Below are positions 58,286 through 64,000 of a DNA stretch of 64,000 bases, one piece after another (position 1 is the first letter of the stretch; the number at the start of each line of letters is the position of its first letter). The position numbers and the translations under genes were made by a program. The stretch is from a virus. The notes beneath the pieces were generated by a model. The model saw only the letters and a program-made list of their open reading frames with translations. It was not told the DNA's origin and searched no databases. Location: positions 1 to 64,000 of the IMG/VR virus record IMGVR_UViG_3300013111_000325; one strand, 5' to 3'.

Positions 58286-60217
58286 ATGCCTCTACCTACC
58301 GAGTACCAATCATTTATTCACTTATCAAGATATGCAAGATGGAATTATACATTAAAACGTAGAGAATCATGGGAAGAAACAGTTGACAGATTGGTTACTT
58401 TTTTTAAAGAACATTTAGATACAAAACATAGTTTTAAATTAGATAATGGGTTAGAGGCAGATCTGAGAGAGGCTATCACTAATCTAGATGTTATGCCTAG
58501 CATGAGATGCTTGATGACCGCAGGTGAAGCCCTTAAGAAAGAAAACATTGCAGGATATAATTGTTCATATGTTAAGGTAGATGTTCCAAGATCCTTTGAT
58601 GAAGTGTTGTATATTCTCATGAATGGTACTGGTGTGGGATTTTCAGTAGAAGAAGAGTATGTGGCTCAATTACCAATAGTTGCCGAAGAGTTTCATGAGA
58701 CTGACACAACAATAGTTGTAGCAGATAGTAAATTAGGATGGGCTAAAGCATATAAAGAATTACTCTCACTTATTTGGCAAGGTCAAATACCAAAGTGGGA
58801 TCTTTCAAATGTGAGACCTGCAGGAGCACCACTCAAAACATTTGGAGGTAGAGCATCAGGTCCTGAGCCATTAGATGAACTGTTTAAGTTTACAATAAAT
58901 ACATTTCAGAATAGTGCAGGGCGTAAACTTAAACCGGTAGAAGCACATGATATTATATGTAAAATTGCAGAAATTGTTGTTGTTGGTGGGGTCCGCCGTT
59001 CTGCTCTTATCAGCCTGTCAAACTTACAAGACGAAACAATGCGACATGCTAAGTCAGGACAGTGGTGGGAGAATAATAAACAACGAGCCCTCGCCAATAA
59101 TTCGGTTAACTATAAAGAAAAGCCAGACATTGGGACTTTCATGCGAGAGTGGCTATCCCTCTACGATTCTAAATCGGGAGAGCGTGGAATCTATAACAGT
59201 ATGTCGGCCAAAAAACAAGTAGAAAGTTTAAACAATGAAGAAGAAATCAGAAGAGAACCAAGAGAAGACTTTGGAACTAACCCCTGCAGTGAGATCATAC
59301 TTAGAAGCAGAGAGTTTTGCAACCTTTCAGAAGTCGTTGTCCGTGGACGGGACACTGCCGAATCTTTACGGAAGAAAGTTCGCATGGCGACTATCCTTGG
59401 CACATTTCAATCAACCCTCACAAATTTCAAATACCTCTCCAGAGAGTGGAAACGAAACTGCGATGAAGAACGACTTCTTGGAGTCTCTCTCACAGGAATA
59501 ATGGACAATGCTCTTACAAATGGTAAGAAAAAAGGGCTAGAAGATTTATTAGAGAATCTTAAACAAGAAGCGGTTGCAACAAACAAAGAATTTGCAGAGA
59601 AACTTGACATTCCTCAATCTGCCGCTATTACATGCGTTAAGCCAAGCGGAACGGTTAGTCAGTTAGTCGATTCTGCATCAGGTATCCATGCCAGACATAA
59701 TCCATATTACATTAGAACTGTACGTGCAGACAACAAAGATCCTTTGTGTGCGTTCATGAAAGATGCAGGGTTTCCAAACGAAGCAGATGTAATGAAACCA
59801 CAACATACAACTGTATTTTCATTTCCAATGCAGAGTCCAAAAAATGCAGTATTTAGACAAGATATGACCGCAAAAGAGCAACTTGAACTCTGGCAGAAAT
59901 ATCAAACTCATTGGTGTGAGCATAAACCATCAGTGACAATTTCAGTCAAAGAACATGAATGGATGGAAGTAGGTAACTGGGTTTGGGACAACTTTGACAA
60001 TATCAGTGGTATCTCATTTCTTCCTTTTAATGAACATACTTATCGTCAAGCACCATATCAAGATTGTACAAAAGAAGAATATGAAGAAGCATTGAAAACA
60101 ATGCCAAAAAATGTTGATTGGTTACAGTTGGCTAAATACGAAGAGCAAGACTTTACTGCTGGAGCACAAGAATTGGCTTGTGCCTCCGATGGTGGTTGTG
60201 AAGTGGTGGACATCTAA
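58286..60217 (+). CDS. nrdJ: Class II (adenosylcobalamin-dependent) ribonucleotide reductase
   Basis: YNC, GGVRRSA, TNPCSEI and KPSGT motifs; C-terminal Cys pair; no beta-subunit gene adjacent. Confidence 0.9.
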   Translation: MPLPTEYQSFIHLSRYARWNYTLKRRESWEETVDRLVTFFKEHLDTKHSFKLDNGLEADLREAITNLDVMPSMRCLMTAGEALKKENIAGYNCSYVKVDVPRSFDEVLYILMNGTGVGFSVEEEYVAQLPIVAEEFHETDTTIVVADSKLGWAKAYKELLSLIWQGQIPKWDLSNVRPAGAPLKTFGGRASGPEPLDELFKFTINTFQNSAGRKLKPVEAHDIICKIAEIVVVGGVRRSALISLSNLQDETMRHAKSGQWWENNKQRALANNSVNYKEKPDIGTFMREWLSLYDSKSGERGIYNSMSAKKQVESLNNEEEIRREPREDFGTNPCSEIILRSREFCNLSEVVVRGRDTAESLRKKVRMATILGTFQSTLTNFKYLSREWKRNCDEERLLGVSLTGIMDNALTNGKKKGLEDLLENLKQEAVATNKEFAEKLDIPQSAAITCVKPSGTVSQLVDSASGIHARHNPYYIRTVRADNKDPLCAFMKDAGFPNEADVMKPQHTTVFSFPMQSPKNAVFRQDMTAKEQLELWQKYQTHWCEHKPSVTISVKEHEWMEVGNWVWDNFDNISGISFLPFNEHTYRQAPYQDCTKEEYEEALKTMPKNVDWLQLAKYEEQDFTAGAQELACASDGGCEVVDI

Positions 60218-60420
60218 TGCAAGTATTATCAGATGCGTTGTCCGAGAAAGATGAATTATATCAGACTATACGACACTATGAGGACTTATTAAGCGAACAA
60301 TTGATCGTTCCATCACACCTATATAATGCAGTAAAGATAAAAGAATTGCGAGAAAAACTATATTATTATAAGGCTGAATACGATGGATATGTCAATGGTC
60401 CCAGAACACTATGCGGATAA
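60217..60420 (+). CDS. Hypothetical protein
   Basis: TAATG coupling. Confidence 0.5.
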   Translation: MQVLSDALSEKDELYQTIRHYEDLLSEQLIVPSHLYNAVKIKELREKLYYYKAEYDGYVNGPRTLCG

Positions 60421-60628
60421 TCTCCTAGCGGAGATCATGGACGAGATTGAAAATGAAATGACTAGGGTTTCTAACTTACGAGAAAAAATAAGAAGAAACC
60501 CTAAACCAGACCTTAATCATTTGGTCATGCCAGAACGACTTAAATGTTATTCTGACGGACTTAAACATTGTTATCATTTATTAAAAAAATATAAGGATTC
60601 GGAGAGGCCTGCAAATGAACGAGATTGA
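60383..60628 (+). CDS. Hypothetical protein
   Basis: ORF packing. Confidence 0.5.
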   Translation: MDMSMVPEHYADNLLAEIMDEIENEMTRVSNLREKIRRNPKPDLNHLVMPERLKCYSDGLKHCYHLLKKYKDSERPANERD

Positions 60629-60761
60629 AAAGGATTTTGATTGCGTTGAGTGTAGCGAATCATATATAGTTACATGGACTAGTCATAGGGCACCATCCCA
60701 CTGTCCTTTTTGCGGTGCCTATGTAGAAACACCAGAAGAAGATGAAGATAATTGGGATTGA
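60615..60761 (+). CDS. Small zinc-ribbon protein (48 aa, not in the ORF track)
   Basis: CVEC...CPFCG with an acidic tail; GGAGAGG RBS. Confidence 0.65.
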   Translation: MNEIEKDFDCVECSESYIVTWTSHRAPSHCPFCGAYVETPEEDEDNWD

Positions 60762-61314
60762 TTATTCATTAACCAGTCCTGCAATAACACTGTACAATGG
60801 AAACGATAAGTGGAATTATAATTCTGGCACTTGTACTCATTTTTGTTTGGCGAATAATGAACGACAACGATCAAAATGGGCCGAGATTCGGAGCATAAAA
60901 ACAGACATATATCCTGCTTGGGAAACTGATTTGCAGAGGTATCATGGGCTTGCAAACTGGGTGATTAATTGTTGTATTACTGCAACAAGCCCAGAAAGAC
61001 CGAAAGCATATATAGAAGACTACGCATATGCCGCCACTGGTAGAGTATTTCACATAGCAGAGAATATGGCAATACTCAAAGACACACTCACAAAATGGGG
61101 AATCAAATACGAGATGGTTGCTCCTACCGTTATTAAAAAATACGCTACAACTAAAGGTAATGCTAACAAAGAAAAAATGTATGATGCATTCACCGATGAG
61201 ACTAATAGAAACCTATTAGACGAGTTTAACATTAAACTAAATAATCCTATCACAGATATAGTTGATAGTTATTACATAGCAAAGTACGGACACGCCTATG
61301 GCAACAATACCTGA
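60742..61314 (+). CDS. RuvC-like Holliday junction resolvase
   Basis: GIDYSL, YIEDY, PTVIKK...GNANK and DIVDS motifs. Confidence 0.8.
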   Translation: MKIIGIDYSLTSPAITLYNGNDKWNYNSGTCTHFCLANNERQRSKWAEIRSIKTDIYPAWETDLQRYHGLANWVINCCITATSPERPKAYIEDYAYAATGRVFHIAENMAILKDTLTKWGIKYEMVAPTVIKKYATTKGNANKEKMYDAFTDETNRNLLDEFNIKLNNPITDIVDSYYIAKYGHAYGNNT

Positions 61315-61666
61315 AGAATACGCAGATTTTGATTTTGGTTTTTCTGCGGTAGATGATGAAGAATACAAAGCGAAAACGACTGAGGTCGAAAAGAAAATTG
61401 TAGAAGTCGAAGCAAAATCAGAATCCCTCACAAATCTAGAAAAAAAGATAGATTCCGCTATCAACGAAATCAATTACAAAAAAGAGTATCTTGAAGAAAA
61501 GTATGTGGAAGACATGCTTAAAGTTGAGAAACTTATTTTACCTCTATTGTATAATTTGATGAAAAATCCAGATAAAGATTATATTTACTGGCCAAAACGT
61601 GACGAAATCATTACAAAACAAATCGAAAAAATAAAAGATATAACGAGAGATATACAAGTCGATTAA
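61298..61666 (+). CDS. Conserved hypothetical protein
   Basis: FDFGFSAVD...ILPLLYNLMKNPDKDYIYWPKR. Confidence 0.65.
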   Translation: MATIPEEYADFDFGFSAVDDEEYKAKTTEVEKKIVEVEAKSESLTNLEKKIDSAINEINYKKEYLEEKYVEDMLKVEKLILPLLYNLMKNPDKDYIYWPKRDEIITKQIEKIKDITRDIQVD

Positions 61667-61674
61667 GGATTATC

Positions 61675-62145
61675 ATGAATAAATTATGGTATAGTTGGGA
61701 AGAAATGAGAAGAGATGTAAATGTGCTTGCAAGAGATATTGTTCTTGACAAATTCGACCCAAATGTGATTGTTGGATTATCCAGAGGTGGTCTCACTCCT
61801 GGTGTTATGTTATCTCATTGGTTCAAGAAACCGTTTAAGCCTGTTAAATCGTCATTGAGAGATTTTCCTGAATGGGAAGATTATTTGCCGAAACCCACCG
61901 ATGAAAGGGTTTTAATCGTTGATGATATATGTGATTCGGGAGAAACATTTGAAAAAATGGCTCAACATATCAAAGGTCCACGAAAAGGACCAGAACAGAA
62001 TATAGTTGATGTTAAATATGCAACCTTATGGTGGAACAATGAATGTAACTTTGAACCAACATATTATGTCAACGAGATTGCGAAGGATTCCACTAAAACA
62101 TGGATACATTTTCCGTGGGAGCAATGGTGGAATGCTCCAGTCTAA
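61675..62145 (+). CDS. Type I phosphoribosyltransferase (purine salvage, Gpt/Hpt-like)
   Basis: GLSRGGL, VLIVDDICDSGET PRPP loop and WIHFPWE motifs. Confidence 0.9.
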   Translation: MNKLWYSWEEMRRDVNVLARDIVLDKFDPNVIVGLSRGGLTPGVMLSHWFKKPFKPVKSSLRDFPEWEDYLPKPTDERVLIVDDICDSGETFEKMAQHIKGPRKGPEQNIVDVKYATLWWNNECNFEPTYYVNEIAKDSTKTWIHFPWEQWWNAPV

Positions 62146-62160
62146 TAAAAAAGGAGAAAA

Positions 62161-62388
62161 ATGATAGATAAAATTCTCGGATGGATTAGATCCATCACAG
62201 AAATAGGTTTATCACTTATAGCACTTGGAGTAGTGCTTCAGATCCTCTTTGGAGCCGCCGTACCGTTTATCGGTTTAGATGTGATCGGTTCTGTAGTAGG
62301 ATTAGTAAAGCAACTTGGAAGCGAAGGACTCGTCGGATTAGTTGCAATTTGGGTATTGTGGGGCATTTATTCTAAACCTAGTGCCTAA
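62161..62388 (+). CDS. Small membrane protein (host-like)
   Basis: Two to three hydrophobic helices; AAGGAG RBS. Confidence 0.7.
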   Translation: MIDKILGWIRSITEIGLSLIALGVVLQILFGAAVPFIGLDVIGSVVGLVKQLGSEGLVGLVAIWVLWGIYSKPSA

Positions 62389-62400
62389 TTATTAATTATT

Positions 62401-62432
62401 AGCGGTAAGGTGGAAGACTTACCGCTTTGTTT
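62401..62432 (+). terminator. Stem-loop just before the amtB RBS
   Basis: AGCGGTAAG-N8-CTTACCGCT followed by TTGTTT. Confidence 0.6.
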
Positions 62433-62447
62433 CTCGGAAGGAGAAAG

Positions 62448-63686
62448 ATGGACGATATTCAGTATATTCTGAATACTTTTTTGTTATTATTTTCTGGTGT
62501 GCTTGTTTTTTGGATGGCCGCTGGATTTGCAATGTTAGAATCAGGATTGGTGAGGACGAAAAATACGACCGCAATCCTAACTAAGAATGTTTGTTTATAT
62601 GCTCTTAGTTGTCTAGCATTCCTCGCATGTGGTTATTATCTCATGTATGGAGCCATGTCGGATGGAGACCATGCAGGGACCTCTGACTTCTTTTTTCAAG
62701 TAGTCTTTGTCGCAACAACCGCATCTATTATTTCAGGAGCAATAGCAGAACGAATGAGGTTTTGGTCATTTATGGTTTTTGTTCTTGTACTTTCCGCAAT
62801 CATATATCCTATGCAAGGAGCCTGGACATGGGGTGGGGGATTTCTATCTGAGATGGGGTTCTCTGACTTTGCAGGATCTACAATTGTTCATTCAGTTGGA
62901 GGTTGGGCCGCACTTGCTGGTGTTCTATTATTAGGTGCCAGATCAGGTAAGTATACTGATGACGGAAAAATTAACTTGATTCCCCCTTCAAATCTTCCAT
63001 TAGCAACTTTAGGAACAATGATTCTTTGGTTGGGGTGGTTTGGTTTTAATGGTGGTAGTCAATTGGCAATGGCTACTAAAGCAGATGTAAATGCTATTGC
63101 AAGTGTGTTTGTAAATACAAATATTGCCGCCTGTGCTGGCGCTATTACTGCTATGATTTTGACTCAACTGTTATATAAAAGAGTTGATTTGACGATGGTA
63201 TTGAATGGTGCATTAGCAGGACTAGTTTCTATTACTGCAGGTCCTGATTATCCTACTATGTGGTTAGCAACTGTTATAGGAATAATTGGAGCAGGATTAT
63301 GTGTACTAGCAATCCCTATGTGGGATAAACTAAAAATTGATGATCCGGTAGGAGCATTGTCTGTTCATTTAGTTGCTGGTATATGGGGAACATTAGCAGT
63401 AGGAGTGTTTAATCATGAAGTAAGTTTGATGTCGCAAATACAGGGCATTTTAATTATTGGAGCATTTGTTTTTGGCTCTAGTTTTGCAGTTTGGTATGTT
63501 ATTAAACTAGCAATGGGACTCCGGATTTCTTTGGAAGAAGAAACTCAGGGTATTGACATTGCTGAATTTGGTCATTCTGCTTATACGATAGGTCATGGTG
63601 AATTTGTTACTCATGACGAAATTAAATTAGGTAGAGGAACATTTGTTCCTGAAAGTGAACAATCTCTTAATTTGGTATCAAATTGA
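62448..63686 (+). CDS. amtB: Ammonium transporter
   Basis: DFAGSTIVHSVGG, WFGFNGGS and DDPVGALSVHL motifs (twin His present); AAGGAG RBS before ATG 62448. Confidence 0.96.
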   Translation: MDDIQYILNTFLLLFSGVLVFWMAAGFAMLESGLVRTKNTTAILTKNVCLYALSCLAFLACGYYLMYGAMSDGDHAGTSDFFFQVVFVATTASIISGAIAERMRFWSFMVFVLVLSAIIYPMQGAWTWGGGFLSEMGFSDFAGSTIVHSVGGWAALAGVLLLGARSGKYTDDGKINLIPPSNLPLATLGTMILWLGWFGFNGGSQLAMATKADVNAIASVFVNTNIAACAGAITAMILTQLLYKRVDLTMVLNGALAGLVSITAGPDYPTMWLATVIGIIGAGLCVLAIPMWDKLKIDDPVGALSVHLVAGIWGTLAVGVFNHEVSLMSQIQGILIIGAFVFGSSFAVWYVIKLAMGLRISLEEETQGIDIAEFGHSAYTIGHGEFVTHDEIKLGRGTFVPESEQSLNLVSN

Positions 63687-63895
63687 GTAAAATAAAACAG
63701 CCCAACCCAATTTCTGAGGGTTGGGGAGTTTACCGTGAATTAGTTGATGAGGTAGTAGCAAATACACATATGATGAAAGGTGTGCCATTTATAAAATGTC
63801 TAACTCACGATGATTGTCATTTAGATGCATTTTATCCAGGTAAACATTGGAGGTCTCTTAAACAAGATGAGACTGGAAGGTGGATAAAAAAATGA
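63683..63895 (+). CDS. Hypothetical protein
   Basis: Overlaps both neighbours by 4 nt. Confidence 0.45.
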   Translation: MSKIKQPNPISEGWGVYRELVDEVVANTHMMKGVPFIKCLTHDDCHLDAFYPGKHWRSLKQDETGRWIKK

Positions 63896-64000
63896 TTTTA
63901 TTATCTGGTAATTCTAATAAACTGCTTGCAAGTCACATATCAAATCATGCAGGCATTGCATTAGGTGAAATGAAATTGACACGATTTGCTGATGGTGAAA
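63892..64000 (+). CDS. prs: Ribose-phosphate pyrophosphokinase (3' partial)
   Basis: MILLSGNSNKLLA...LTRFADGE matches the Prs N-terminus. Confidence 0.85.
   Translation, partial: MILLSGNSNKLLASHISNHAGIALGEMKLTRFADGE

Noticed and set aside
33120-60217. Introns, further inteins or homing endonucleases in gp43, gp41, thyX or nrdJ
   Set aside because: These ORFs are continuous and of normal length, and no HNH, GIY-YIG or LAGLIDADG motifs were seen
906-61796. Numerous minus-strand and nested ORFs in the track (e.g. 906-1220, 24484-24987, 49763-50272, 55605-56102)
   Set aside because: They lie opposite or inside well-supported + strand genes and show no recognisable motifs; treated as shadow ORFs
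62389-62447. Glutamine riboswitch upstream of amtB
   Set aside because: Only a single hairpin is present and I could not see the multi-stem glnA-type consensus
63892-64000. NAD-reconstitution (NARP1) ADPR-PP synthetase
   Set aside because: The visible N-terminus looks like canonical Prs and no NAMPT-like partner is visible; the window ends before this can be tested
1-64000. CRISPR array, diversity-generating retroelement or integrase
   Set aside because: No regularly spaced direct repeats, reverse transcriptase or recombinase motifs were seen; short tandem repeats (44119, 47775) are in-frame coding repeats

Overview
A 64-kb, AT-rich segment of a large T4-like (myovirus) phage, with essentially all genes on the + strand. 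Gene order resembles marine cyanophage/pelagiphage T4-likes: prohead core, gp21, gp22, gp23, gp3, uvsY, uvsW (with a mini-intein), gp55, gp47, gp46, a modification-enzyme island, tRNA-Gly, vWA plus MoxR/CobS-like ATPase, gp45, gp44, gp62, regA, dut, hsp20, gp43, uvsX, gp41, a block of probable head-internal proteins, fibre-like virion proteins, primase, thyX, class II nrdJ, a RuvC-like nuclease, a phosphoribosyltransferase, amtB and the start of prs. The main leads are: (1) a probable capsid-packaged cargo system, with proteins carrying T4-type capsid-targeting leaders (one resembling T3 SAM lyase) and two long modular polyproteins with gp21-type Glu linkers; (2) a four-hairpin ROSE-like RNA thermometer before hsp20; (3) a 65-bp dispersed non-coding repeat with spaced A-tracts; (4) a PLP enzyme / 2OG-oxygenase / MTase cluster that may hypermodify DNA; (5) scattered glycosyl- and sugar-methyltransferases alongside N-x-S/T-rich virion proteins; (6) an internally deleted peroxiredoxin and a nonsense-split methyltransferase. 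All calls come from motif recognition by eye; no searches were run.
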